Assembly (NCBI GenBank): GCA_011364985.1
Contig: RDOC01000002.1
Span: forward strand, 128,001-192,000
DNA from: Candidatus Thorarchaeota archaeon
GTDB taxonomy: Archaea > Asgardarchaeota > Thorarchaeia > Thorarchaeales > Thorarchaeaceae
Direction of reading: 5' to 3'
Length of the DNA stretch: 64,000 bases
In this document: positions 20,313 to 30,305 of the stretch, piece by piece
How positions within the stretch are numbered: the stretch's first letter is position 1
How the letters are laid out: every line of letters starts with the position of its first letter
Notes under the pieces: generated by a model
Database searches by the model: none
Told to the model about the DNA's origin: nothing
What the model saw: only the letters and a program-made list of their open reading frames with translations
Made by a program: the position numbers and the translations under genes

Positions 20313-21518
20313 TTGTCTCTGCCATTCAAAACTATCGATGATGTAGAAATCGCTGGAAAACGGATACTGCTTCGTGTTGATATGAATTGCTCAGTTGACC
20401 CCGAAACCAAGATAATACTTGACGATTCAAGAATAGTTGCTCTTCTACCTACCCTTAGAGAGCTATCATCCGCTAAAGTCGTGTTGATGGCTCATCAAGG
20501 CCGCCCTGGGAGTGATGACTTCATTTCCCTACAGCAACATACACAGATCTTGAAGAACTATGGGATAAATGCCTCCTTTGTTGATGACATCTTCGGAGAT
20601 AAGGCCAAGAACGCGATTCGAAATGTGCAAGTCGGAGAGGTACTCGTTCTTCAAAACGTAAGATGTTTCGATGGAGAACTCAAGACAGGCCCTGCAAAAG
20701 AGGTTGCTAAGGAATCCATTGTACAAGAGCTTTATCCATTATTCGACCTATTCATTAATGATGCATTCGGAGCAGCACACCGGTCTCAACCTTCTTTGGT
20801 TGGATTCACAGCTGTTCTCCCCTCGGTAGCAGGCAGACTTGTCGAAAAGGAGATTCGCACACTCACGGATGCTACAGCCACGGATCGGCATCCTTGGACA
20901 TTGGTTCTTGGCGGCAGCAAGATAGAAGACAAGATTAAAACACTGGAGAAACTTCTTGCAGTAGGTCGAATAGACAATGCCCTGCTAGGCGGCTTAGTGG
21001 GTACGCTGTTTCTCATAACCAAAGGCAAGATTTCTGAGAGCTATTCTGCTTCCATAAAGGGTTTTGACGATATAGCGGCAAGGGCAAAGAAAATCTTAGG
21101 ATCATATTCTGATATTATTCAACTTCCCATAGATGCTGCAGTTGAAAAAAAGGGTCAAAGAATTGAATGCGATTTCGACAAAATGAATGACGCTCCGTTC
21201 TTTGACATTGGCCCAAAGACTGTTGCGAGCTTTGCCGACACAATCACCAAGTCAGCTGTTGTGTTTGCAAATGGTCCGATGGGCTTCTTTGAAAAAGAAG
21301 CTTTCGCGATTGGAACGTCAGAAATTCTTGATGCAATTGCTGCGTGTCAAGGAATCACTGTTGTTGGTGGCGGTCATATGGGTGCCATGGCCAAAGCAAA
21401 GAAGATAGAAGACAAAATCACTCACATCAGCACCGGGGGCGGAGCAACTATCAACTTTCTCACAGGCAAGAAGCTCGATCTTATCGTTGCTCTTGAAGAA
21501 GCAGCAAGACGGATGTGA
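20313..21518 (+). CDS. pgk: phosphoglycerate kinase
   Basis: LRVDMN, AHQGRPG, NDAFGAAHR, NGPMG, HISTGGGA. Confidence 0.97.
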   Translation: MSLPFKTIDDVEIAGKRILLRVDMNCSVDPETKIILDDSRIVALLPTLRELSSAKVVLMAHQGRPGSDDFISLQQHTQILKNYGINASFVDDIFGDKAKNAIRNVQVGEVLVLQNVRCFDGELKTGPAKEVAKESIVQELYPLFDLFINDAFGAAHRSQPSLVGFTAVLPSVAGRLVEKEIRTLTDATATDRHPWTLVLGGSKIEDKIKTLEKLLAVGRIDNALLGGLVGTLFLITKGKISESYSASIKGFDDIAARAKKILGSYSDIIQLPIDAAVEKKGQRIECDFDKMNDAPFFDIGPKTVASFADTITKSAVVFANGPMGFFEKEAFAIGTSEILDAIAACQGITVVGGGHMGAMAKAKKIEDKITHISTGGGATINFLTGKKLDLIVALEEAARRM

Positions 21519-21798
21519 ACGAATGAATGCGATTGCCTATTGAACCTGTCCTAGTTGTTGTTCTATCCTATATTTAATACTGAATGTAATTTCTCTCATG
21601 GCAATGTGGTAGGACAAAAGAAGAGCAAAGAGAGATGAGTGGTGTGTTGCTGAGGCAACTCAGCTCTTTTTCATTCTTGTTGGTGAAGACCTTGGACTTG
21701 TTCTTGCAATGTACAAGTTCAGACACAAGACCCAGAAGCGGACCTAAAGCCCAATACAAACTGATTAGTGCTTTGGCATCGAATGGATGATAGAGAAA

Positions 21799-21953
21799 TG
21801 GAGCCCCAGGCGAGATTTGAACTCGCGATCTCCTGATTTCTTAGTCGGCAGAAGCACTTACGACATACAAGTCAGGCGCAGTGTCGACCTGCAATATTTG
21901 TCATCCCAAACACAGGGGCAGAATATCACAGTAGGCCGCTTTGCTACTGGGGC
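21799..21953 (-). tRNA. tRNA-Thr(TGT) with two introns (37/38: 21838-21865; D-loop about 21882-21931)
   Basis: Reverse strand GCCCCAG/CTGGGGC-T-CCA, CCTGA/TCAGG stem, TTCAAAT; D-loop junctions approximate. Confidence 0.87.
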
Positions 21954-22031
21954 ATTATTCACTGCCCATTCTTCAACTCATTATAGAGTTTTCGCAGTAT
22001 GACAGAACTCATGACAACCAGTTCTATTTAC

Positions 22032-22760
22032 TCAACGAACTACTTGGGATAGGAGAGCTAGTTCAATCTCAATATCATACCAGCTATAGATGTCTGTAAT
22101 GAAATGTGAACCATACTTACCATATGTAAAGTATCCCTCAATTAAACATCCATTTTCAAGAGATACAATCGCCTGTACCCAGTATTCTATCTCCACACCT
22201 CCATAAACATCTACAATTTGAAAATGGCTATCAAATAGCTTTGCATATTGATCATTCCCTAAGCAGATAACATCAATCAGAGGGTCTTGATATAACTCGT
22301 CTAAGAATGACCATCCACCAATTGGCAGCAACCCAGTAGAAATGAGAAGATTCAATCATCTCTTACTTTCTATTGAAATCTCGGTACCAATCACAAAACC
22401 ACAGTCCACCTTGTCGGTACGAACGAATTCTCCAAAGGAACTCCTGTTTATTTCCTCTGGAACTCTTGGCAAATTGAGAATACGAGCTACAATTACTGAG
22501 TTGTTTATGGCTGCAATTAACAGTGGACTTTCGTAGTAAATCAGTGTTTCATTGACGGAGTCATACTCATAGATGATATCAACTCTACGGATAATTACCG
22601 AATAGGCAAATTTGTCGTTGATAGATACTGCCCATTGAAAGTCAAATCTCTGATTCAGTCTGGGCTGGACAAAAAAGAACACATCTACTGAAGCTACGAG
22701 TAGCAACCCAATGACGAATATGCTTCTGACCACTGATGAACGTTTCATCACTTTATCCAA
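22032..22760 (-). pseudogene. membrane-anchored hypothetical protein interrupted by an in-frame TGA (22356-22358)
   Basis: Two abutting ORFs in the same frame separated only by TGA. Confidence 0.55.
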
Positions 22761-22891
22761 TAATACATAAATGTCATTTCTACCTATCTAACCTTAGTAC
22801 AGTCGATTATCTCTAACTTCCCATTGACCCACCTTTGGGAATTCGCTTGTAATATCGCTTCAAGAAAACTGATGTGTAACATCTTGGAGCA

Positions 22892-23464
22892 TCATTTGTC
22901 GTGGTAGATATTATCAATAATAATTGCATAGGCCAAAAGCATCAGTCTGTCAACGTCCGTGTCTTCTATATGTATGGCATAACGGTCCTTGAAATTAAAA
23001 CTAAGCGCAAACACGTCACGCCACCTATCTGCCTTTTTTATCACAGCATACTTCTTTTTCCTATCAACAGCATCAATTATCTCGAAGTTCCATTTTGTCA
23101 CTCCACCTTGTGCCTTGTATACATGAACATCATTATGATCATAGAAGTCAACAGAGTCTCTGAGGGCGACTAGCGGTCTCTTAGCTCTACCAATCAGCTC
23201 ATCATTTGGATTCTTGACGTCATAAATTGGACGGGCGCTAATCAATTTCTTATTGATTGTACAGAGGAGAGTTTCATCTGGGTCATACAACTGAATCTCA
23301 GCTCGCATTGAAAGGAGTCTTCTTTTCATGGAGCCAACTTTGTTACAGTGTTGGTCGTAGATTTCTCCACCACCAAACTTCCAAGTTTTTTCGTGCAACA
23401 CATAAAAACTAATTGTCGGATCGAGCAGACTCATTGAATTCATTTTCTGTTGTCCATTATTCAT
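22892..23464 (-). CDS. LURP-one-related/scramblase (tubby-like) family protein
   Basis: Repeated beta-strand pattern and C-terminal DRYAIHI...DRLMLLAYAIIID. Confidence 0.8.
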   Translation of the reverse strand: MNNGQQKMNSMSLLDPTISFYVLHEKTWKFGGGEIYDQHCNKVGSMKRRLLSMRAEIQLYDPDETLLCTINKKLISARPIYDVKNPNDELIGRAKRPLVALRDSVDFYDHNDVHVYKAQGGVTKWNFEIIDAVDRKKKYAVIKKADRWRDVFALSFNFKDRYAIHIEDTDVDRLMLLAYAIIIDNIYHDK

Positions 23465-23740
23465 GCTGTCATTTAAGCTAATGTCAGTTAGACTGACAAC
23501 TGTTTAGGAATGTAAAATATAGCCAAAAATAGGAAACTTGTCACTTTAATGAACACTGTTTCTTATCTATCACGAACATGTTTATCAGGTCAGATTCCAC
23601 AACAATTCTTGGCCAGTAGAGCCACATCTTGTGAAGCCTAGTGACACGTACGTGATACAAACCAAAAAAGCCTCACAAGAAAGCTAAAATACAGCACACG
23701 TGATGCGAACATTAGCCGACATGCTATAAGGTGATACCAG

Positions 23741-24721
23741 TTGCAATTCGCCCAACCTGAATATATGGATACATTCTTCCAATACATATTCGGTTTCTTC
23801 GACCGTTTATTCTCAACTCCTCTACAGCCCTGGATACCTTGGGGGCCTGGAGACTGGTACTTTACAATTTCGACAATATTCTTTGTCGTAGTTATTCTAT
23901 TCCTAGTTCGCAAGGTTCGAATGGGTGGAACTGGTTCCATGAGTGCGGGCGTCAGGAGGATAATCGCATCTACTGGTGATGTTTCAACGGGTATGTCTGG
24001 TGTGAAGAAAGTCAAGTTCCTTCAGACACCGGGCGATGCAATGGTTTTCCTAAAAATAGAGGAGAACGCCATTCAACAGGCTCTTTCTGCAATAAATTAC
24101 TACGCAGACCAAGGCGAGATAAATGAGAGTGTCAAACTCAAACTCGAAACTCTCTATCAACAGAGACTTGAATCTGTACGCCGATCAATAGCTGCAGATG
24201 AGCAGTTAAAGGAAGCCTTTGAAACTTCTACTGCAGCTGACAGCGCTCGAGAAGCATACCTCCGAAAGCTTGCAGCAATGACAGGAACTACAGTTGAGGA
24301 CGAAAGTGAAGTTGGTCCTCCTAGCGTAGGGCCACCTAGCGTAACAGAAACTATCCCGGCGACACGTCCTGCAGTTGAAGATGCCCCAGCGGGTGGTCCT
24401 CCGGGTGGGGCTATTCCTTCAGCCGGTCCTCCGGGCGGCGAAGCGCCTACAGGTGGTCCCCCAGGTGGCGGCGCTCCAATAGGTGGTCCTCCAGCGGGTG
24501 GTCCTCCAAGCGGCGGTGCTCCAATAGGTGGTCCTCCGGGCGGCGAAGCGCCTACAGGTGGTCCCCCAGGTGGCGGCGCTCCAATAGGTGGTCCTCCGGG
24601 CGGCGAAGCGCCTACAGGTGGTGTTCTTGAGGGGGTTCCAACAGCAGTAGGCGGAAAGAGCACACTGCAATCAGAGATGCTCAGAGAGATGGAACGGCTC
24701 AAAGAGCTCATGGGTGGATAG
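23741..24721 (+). CDS. single-TM protein with coiled coil, Gly/Pro-rich repeats and a C-terminal amphipathic helix
   Basis: GGTGA RBS before TTG; TM segment near residues 40-56; multiple GGPP(G/A/S)G units. Confidence 0.8.
   Translation: MQFAQPEYMDTFFQYIFGFFDRLFSTPLQPWIPWGPGDWYFTISTIFFVVVILFLVRKVRMGGTGSMSAGVRRIIASTGDVSTGMSGVKKVKFLQTPGDAMVFLKIEENAIQQALSAINYYADQGEINESVKLKLETLYQQRLESVRRSIAADEQLKEAFETSTAADSAREAYLRKLAAMTGTTVEDESEVGPPSVGPPSVTETIPATRPAVEDAPAGGPPGGAIPSAGPPGGEAPTGGPPGGGAPIGGPPAGGPPSGGAPIGGPPGGEAPTGGPPGGGAPIGGPPGGEAPTGGVLEGVPTAVGGKSTLQSEMLREMERLKELMGG
24425..24622 (+). repeat. intragenic 60-bp direct repeat (copies 24425-24484, 24530-24589, partial 24590-24622)
   Basis: Identical GGTCCTCCGGGCGGCGAAGCGCCTACAGGT... 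units. Confidence 0.9.
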
Positions 24722-24804
24722 GTAGTACCTCAGATGCATCTAGACAACTTGGAAGCCTTTTTTTGGAGGCATAATGACCATACCACATCATATGGGGTTT
24801 CCTG

Positions 24805-25488
24805 ATGTCAACAGTCAAGCTAAACGCCGCAAAAAGCGCTGCAAAATTGGTCCCCACAACAGGTGCTCTTGGTCTGGGGAGCGGATCCACTGTCACATTC
24901 TTTGCTAAAGAGCTAGGAAAAATAGTTTCAACAAGAAACGCGGACATTCGAGTCGTACCCAGCTCCTATCAAGCATACCAGCTTGCTATCGAACATAGGA
25001 TACCGCTGACTAATCTTGACATAGATCCAATTCTTGAGCTGACAGTAGATGGCGCCGACGAAGTGGACAAGGACCTGAACCTTACAAAGGGTGGCGGTGG
25101 AGCACTACTTCAAGAGAAGGTTGTCGCATCTGCTTCGAAAAAGGTAGTAATCATTGTGGATGAGTCAAAGCTGGTTGATAGGCTTGCGACTCGTTTTGAA
25201 ATACCAGTAGAGGTACTTCCTTTCTCTCTCGGAGTAGTAAAACGAAAAATAGCTGAAATGGGGATATTGCCCAAAATACGAGAGGCTCAAAAGAAGATGG
25301 GCCCCGTTGTCACAGATAATGGAAACTTCATCCTAGACCTTAAGTTTCCAGAACCTATCACTAATCCTGCAAAGGTTGCTATTGACTTAAAGATGATACC
25401 AGGCGTTGTTGAAACCGGTCTATTCATAGGAATGACCGATGAGGTACACGTAGGAACTGAGAAAGGTTCTTACATACTCAAGAAGTAA
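24805..25488 (+). CDS. rpiA: ribose-5-phosphate isomerase A
   Basis: GLGSGST, VDGADEVD, KGGGGALLQEK, VTDNGN. Confidence 0.97.
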   Translation: MSTVKLNAAKSAAKLVPTTGALGLGSGSTVTFFAKELGKIVSTRNADIRVVPSSYQAYQLAIEHRIPLTNLDIDPILELTVDGADEVDKDLNLTKGGGGALLQEKVVASASKKVVIIVDESKLVDRLATRFEIPVEVLPFSLGVVKRKIAEMGILPKIREAQKKMGPVVTDNGNFILDLKFPEPITNPAKVAIDLKMIPGVVETGLFIGMTDEVHVGTEKGSYILKK

Positions 25489-26602
25489 CTTTGTCGTTCT
25501 CGAACATATTCCGGAGTTTCGGATATCGTTTCGGTTTTGATAGTACATCAGTAGAGTTGACAAATTGATCCACCCCCCCGAGAAACTTTGGAAGTGACAG
25601 GACTTTTTCATCTTGAATTGTTTCATAGATTGCATCCGCAAACTTGTCTGCTTGAATAATTAAGAAGGGTCGATTGTGAAAATTGGACACCTTGGTTTCC
25701 ATAGGCTTTGTGATACCAAGGTCATTGTGCATCCCAACAACCACTTCGTATGCTTCTGTCAGTCGTTTCTCTCGTTCTCTCCATGAAGTTGCTTCAAACA
25801 CACGTTCAAGGATTGGTGTCAAAACACCTGCAATCCTAAGCTGCGAAAAAGCTGTTCCAAACCATTTGATATATGGTGCATACTGCTTCTCCATCAAGAA
25901 ACAAAGCTTCATGATGTCGTATACCAGTCTAGAACCAACAACACGAGAGCCTAACTCATCTCCTACCTGCCCGCACCGTCCCATGAAGGCTTCTTCTTGA
26001 GCAATCCGCCGCCATTGAGTTGACAAGAGATACAGCCACACGTCATTAGGATAGTATGACAGTTTCCCAAGAATAGATTGCAATTTTTCGAGTCCATCAT
26101 GGAAAATTCGGCCACTTACAATGCTTTGTAATCGTTGTTCAGGAAGCACAACCCAATCTATTGGATTCATCTTCTCAAGTGGATTTACAGTAAGATATCT
26201 CTCAAAGAAATCCCTGATTGTAACTATCTCGGCTCTATGATTGAGCGGTCTATCATCAGAGAGCTGCATAACAATAGTACCATCATCATGGTAGCCAAAG
26301 TTTATCGGGAAACCACGAATCTCAGTGGGTAAGTTGTGACCGAGAAAACTGTCTAGAGATTCGTGGTATTTATCATAGTTCTTCTCCCCAAGAAAAATCA
26401 ATACCTTTGGTCCCCAATCGTGATCCATAGACTGCTCTGTGTCAAAACCTAGTACATCCGACCCAGAACCCAAATGACCTGCTGAGTATACAAGATTCGG
26501 AAACTCTGACTCTAGGAGCGGTTTAACAGCTTCCTCGTAGAAAACATGGCTAAGGTCTAGTCCTTTCATAAACCGGTCAGCTGAAGGATATTCTGGACTC
26601 AT
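25478..26602 (-). CDS. DUF4037 domain protein (nucleotidyltransferase-like)
   Basis: GSGSDVLGFD...DHDWGP, YAPYIKW. Confidence 0.85.
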   Translation of the reverse strand: MSPEYPSADRFMKGLDLSHVFYEEAVKPLLESEFPNLVYSAGHLGSGSDVLGFDTEQSMDHDWGPKVLIFLGEKNYDKYHESLDSFLGHNLPTEIRGFPINFGYHDDGTIVMQLSDDRPLNHRAEIVTIRDFFERYLTVNPLEKMNPIDWVVLPEQRLQSIVSGRIFHDGLEKLQSILGKLSYYPNDVWLYLLSTQWRRIAQEEAFMGRCGQVGDELGSRVVGSRLVYDIMKLCFLMEKQYAPYIKWFGTAFSQLRIAGVLTPILERVFEATSWREREKRLTEAYEVVVGMHNDLGITKPMETKVSNFHNRPFLIIQADKFADAIYETIQDEKVLSLPKFLGGVDQFVNSTDVLSKPKRYPKLRNMFENDKVTS

Positions 26603-26626
26603 ACTTGATTCCCCACAGAAGGAGAG

Positions 26627-26704
26627 TGGCGGGCCCGCCCGGATTCGAACCGGGGATTACTAACTTAGGAGGCTAGTGCCCTATCCAGGCTAGGCCACGG
26701 GCCC
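26627..26704 (-). tRNA. tRNA-Arg(CCT), intronless
   Basis: Reverse strand GGGCCCG...CT CCT AA...TTCGAAT...CGGGCCC-G-CCA. Confidence 0.95.
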
Positions 26705-26745
26705 TTGAAATTAACCAAGCTATTATTTTGTTGTTAAAGCTTTTG

Positions 26746-28023
26746 TCATTCTGCAATCTTTGCAGTAATCCTTGCACCTTCTTCGAGAGCATCTACAAGA
26801 GAGCTTCCTTGACGTGTCTTTATCCGAATAGAACTCTCTCCGTTTCGGCCAATCACAGTAGTGAGAAGATACATATCATCTGCAAATATTTCTACTCGTT
26901 GCTTTGCATACTTCCGACCTGCATATAGTGTGACTTTCTTCTTACTGTAACTGACCGACACTGGAACTGATTCCCCAGGTTTACCACGTCTTTCTTGTTC
27001 TCTTCTGAATGAAACGGCACCAGTTCCCCGGACCGGAACTACAACTTTTTCGCCGCCAAATGAGAACATCTCGAACTCCAATGCACCTCTCTCAAAATCT
27101 CTTACTTCCACTACTGGTCGTGCCAAGTCTCGCTGCGTACCACCAAAACCTGTTGGCAGTCTCACCTTTAGTGAGAGTGAAGAAACCTTTGCCACTCTTC
27201 CATCTTCAATATGAACCACTGTGTCAACAGTGCTAGGAATTTGCCCAAGCTCAACTCGTCCTCCAAGGATGAGTCTTTGAAGCGCATCAATTGCTGAGCC
27301 CGCATGTACGACTCCTACCATGCCTACCCCTGCTGATCTAAGGTCTGAATAGGCTTGGAAGTCTGCATTTTTTCTCAGCTCATCATAAACAACATAGTCC
27401 GGACGAACAAGAAGTAAAACATCCGCAGCTTTTTCCATACTATTATCAAGAGGTGCATACTGCACAATACTTTCCTCGACTTGAAGGTCACGAGGCTGTT
27501 CCAAGGTCTTCACTACATTGCCTTTCCTACTATAAAACTCGGCAAGCGCAGCAGCAAAGGTACTCTTACCAGAGCCAGGCGAACCTGAGATTAGTATTCC
27601 TTCTGCTCTACTCTCAAGTCTATTCATCAGTTTCTCGCCAAGCCCGTAGTCCTCAAGATTTAGCTTGACAATTGGCCGAATAGCTGAAATCTCCATCTTG
27701 TCCGCAAAGGGGCGCATTGCAATTGCAATTCTTAGGTTCCGAAGCTGAACCACAGAAGCGCCATCCTCCTCAATCTCAATGAAAGACTCTGAGTCATATC
27801 GTGCCGTTTCAAGAATTGCTTCAGCAATTGCATTAAGTTCCTCATAGGTGAGAATTCTATCTGATAAATCAACAAGTTCCCAGTTGCCAGGTTGTCCTCT
27901 CTTTGCCCTTGGTGGATTTTTCTCAATCAGATGAACACTCATCGTATGTTCGTCGAAGAAGGCCTCTAGTTTGGAAATATACTCGCTGTACCCCTCATAT
28001 ATTCCATCATCATTTTTCCGCAT
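26746..28023 (-). CDS. PINA-family (VirB11/PilT-like) ATPase lacking the N-terminal PIN domain
   Basis: GILISGSPGSGKSTF, LLLVRPDYVVYDELR, GVGMVGVVHA, DLARPVVEVRDF; start moved to ATG 28023, which overlaps the endA stop. Confidence 0.85.
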   Translation of the reverse strand: MRKNDDGIYEGYSEYISKLEAFFDEHTMSVHLIEKNPPRAKRGQPGNWELVDLSDRILTYEELNAIAEAILETARYDSESFIEIEEDGASVVQLRNLRIAIAMRPFADKMEISAIRPIVKLNLEDYGLGEKLMNRLESRAEGILISGSPGSGKSTFAAALAEFYSRKGNVVKTLEQPRDLQVEESIVQYAPLDNSMEKAADVLLLVRPDYVVYDELRKNADFQAYSDLRSAGVGMVGVVHAGSAIDALQRLILGGRVELGQIPSTVDTVVHIEDGRVAKVSSLSLKVRLPTGFGGTQRDLARPVVEVRDFERGALEFEMFSFGGEKVVVPVRGTGAVSFRREQERRGKPGESVPVSVSYSKKKVTLYAGRKYAKQRVEIFADDMYLLTTVIGRNGESSIRIKTRQGSSLVDALEEGARITAKIAE

Positions 28024-28651
28024 TTGTTTCAACTCCAATCTTGGGCAATGTAGCTTGTGATACCTTGTAGTAATTGACCTCGCCATTCTGGTCGACAAGG
28101 GCAAAAACCAATTTCTTTCTTGACGCCAAGGCTGTTTCAGTAATCAAGTCCAAATCGGTAAGGGATATTGCTTCATCTTCTTTTAGAACATATATCAACT
28201 GGTTGGCACTGGCAGCTCCGGGGCGTTCCCCACGTGCATATACGCGGAATCCAATCACATCCCCGAATCCTTGTCGGACGGCATACCCACGACTTCTCAG
28301 GTCTCTGAAAACCAAGTAGTTCACCCAAAGTCTTGGATTCAAATCTTGAAGTTGATTCACAATATCCTTTGCAGTCACTGATTCTCCTGATTTTGATGTC
28401 ACAACAACTCGTTTTCTTTCGATAAGATGAAGAAGTTCTACGGGTTCCAGTTCCAATCTGCCATCTTTAAGACGAGTACCATAGAAGCCCTGTTGCGAAA
28501 TCCTATCAGCATCATCGCTAATCACATACCCTTTCCCATTTTCGAAGACCGTAGTTGCAGGCTCTTCTTCTAGTTCAATTTCCTCTATGAAATCGTCTTC
28601 AGAATCTTCCAAATCGACCGGCTCAAAACCAGTGCCATTTTTGTCCGACAA
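28010..28651 (-). CDS. endA: tRNA-splicing endonuclease subunit, probably structural (non-catalytic)
   Basis: LEPVELLHL, YLVFRDLRSRGY, FRVY, RKKLVFALVD...VNYY; no His at the catalytic position. Confidence 0.85.
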   Translation of the reverse strand: MSDKNGTGFEPVDLEDSEDDFIEEIELEEEPATTVFENGKGYVISDDADRISQQGFYGTRLKDGRLELEPVELLHLIERKRVVVTSKSGESVTAKDIVNQLQDLNPRLWVNYLVFRDLRSRGYAVRQGFGDVIGFRVYARGERPGAASANQLIYVLKEDEAISLTDLDLITETALASRKKLVFALVDQNGEVNYYKVSQATLPKIGVETNAEK

Positions 28652-28749
28652 CTTCTTTCTCCTGCTTCATGTAGTCAATTCGCTATTGTGAAAAATCCTT
28701 CGACAGAACCAATGGCAAGAACTATACGCGACATAGGAGTTGCAGACCT

Positions 28750-29250
28750 GTGAACGAACAAAGACTCAAAGAAGAACTAAGGCTTTTCATCTCAGGCGCA
28801 AAGAGAATAGCCATTCTTGGGATTGGGAATGACTTGCGAACAGATGATGGCCTTGGGCCATACGTAATCAATTCGCTCAAAACAAATCACCAAGATATTC
28901 TGATAGAGAATGTAGGTTCGGTACCTGAGGGTTTTGCGCGACCCTTAGCCGAATTTGGTGCTGAAAGGATAATAATGATTGATGCTGCTGATATGCGAAA
29001 ACCACCTGGCCATGTCGAGCTGGTGACAAAGAATCGAATTGGCGGAATTGCACTAAGCACACATAGCATGCCTCTTTCTATGCTCATGTACTATCTTGAA
29101 CAACAGACCAAAGGTGTTACAATCCTTTTGGGAGTCCAACCAGCGAGTATTTTGTTCGGAGAAGGCCTGACCCCCGAGATTCAAAAGGTAGCTAAGAAGA
29201 TTATTAGCACCCTAGACTCTTTGCTTGTTGACCACTTGGGAGGAAAATAG
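28750..29250 (+). CDS. hycI: hydrogenase maturation protease (HycI-like)
   Basis: LGIGNDLRTDDGLG, IDAAD, STHSMPL, LGVQP. Confidence 0.88.
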   Translation: MNEQRLKEELRLFISGAKRIAILGIGNDLRTDDGLGPYVINSLKTNHQDILIENVGSVPEGFARPLAEFGAERIIMIDAADMRKPPGHVELVTKNRIGGIALSTHSMPLSMLMYYLEQQTKGVTILLGVQPASILFGEGLTPEIQKVAKKIISTLDSLLVDHLGGK

Positions 29251-29251
29251 A

Positions 29252-30286
29252 ATGTTCAGGACCATTGAATGGCTCGATGATAACACTGTACGATTCGTGG
29301 ATCAGACAAAACTTCCTCTTGTGACGGAACACATCACAACATCTAGTTACGAACGGATTGCTGAAGCAATTAGAATCATGGAGGTTCGTGGAGCCCCTGC
29401 AATTGGTGCAGCTGCAGGCATGGGAATGGCGCTAGCTGCACTTGAGAATGAGGCACATGCAAAGAACCAGCTAGTCGAGTTTCTTGAACAGGCTGCAATC
29501 ACATTGAATACTAGACCTACTGCTGTAAACCTCACATGGGCAACAAAACGTATGCTTGATGTTGCAAAGGAAACCGAAGGCAATGCAGATCAGGTTACTC
29601 AAAGGCTGATTGAAGAGGCAAAAGAGATTGCTGAAGAAGATGTGCGAATGTGCAGAGCAATTGGAGAAAATGCTCTTTCTTTGATAAAGCCCGGTTTCGC
29701 AATTCAGACAATATGTAATGCAGGTTCTTTGGCTACTGTTCACCTAGGCACAGTAGGAGCCGTGATTCGTATAGCTCATCAGGAATATGGTGGAAGTATC
29801 AAGGTCTATGCCGCTGAAACTAGACCTCGCCAGCAGGGCGCTCGGCTAACGGTCTTTGAGTTCATGGCCGATAATATAGATACTACGCTAATCACAGATG
29901 GAATGATAGGAACGGTGTTCAAAGAGGGACGTGTTGACTGCTGTGTGGTCGGCTCTGACAGAATCTTCCGAACTGGACACATAACCAACAAGATTGGAAC
30001 CTATACGATGGCAATAGCTGCAAGATATCACAACATTCCATTCTATGCTGCAGCTCCTATATCAACAATTGATTGGGAAACTAATCCTAAAGATGTAGTG
30101 ATTGAGGAACGAAATCCAGATGAGATTCGAATGATTAATGGCGAGTATATCACAGTCCCTGATGCAAAGGTCTACAACCCCGCTTTTGACACAACTCCAC
30201 CAGAGCTCATCACAGCAATAATCACTGATCGAGGTATTGTTGAACACCCAAATGAAGAAAAAATGCTGAAGCTGAAAGACCAATAA
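29252..30286 (+). CDS. mtnA: S-methyl-5-thioribose-1-phosphate isomerase
   Basis: VRGAPAIG, RPTAVNL, CNAGSLAT, ETRPRQQGARLT, NKIGTY, NPAFDTTP. Confidence 0.92.
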   Translation: MFRTIEWLDDNTVRFVDQTKLPLVTEHITTSSYERIAEAIRIMEVRGAPAIGAAAGMGMALAALENEAHAKNQLVEFLEQAAITLNTRPTAVNLTWATKRMLDVAKETEGNADQVTQRLIEEAKEIAEEDVRMCRAIGENALSLIKPGFAIQTICNAGSLATVHLGTVGAVIRIAHQEYGGSIKVYAAETRPRQQGARLTVFEFMADNIDTTLITDGMIGTVFKEGRVDCCVVGSDRIFRTGHITNKIGTYTMAIAARYHNIPFYAAAPISTIDWETNPKDVVIEERNPDEIRMINGEYITVPDAKVYNPAFDTTPPELITAIITDRGIVEHPNEEKMLKLKDQ

Positions 30287-30305
30287 AAGTTGTTGAGTTG
30301 ATTCT

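Noticed and set aside
24425-24622. CRISPR or non-coding repeat
   Set aside because: In-frame coding repeats of the Gly/Pro-rich protein
28024-28104. N-terminal extension of the PINA-like ATPase given by the ORF track
   Set aside because: Lies inside endA in another frame; ATG 28023 is the more plausible start
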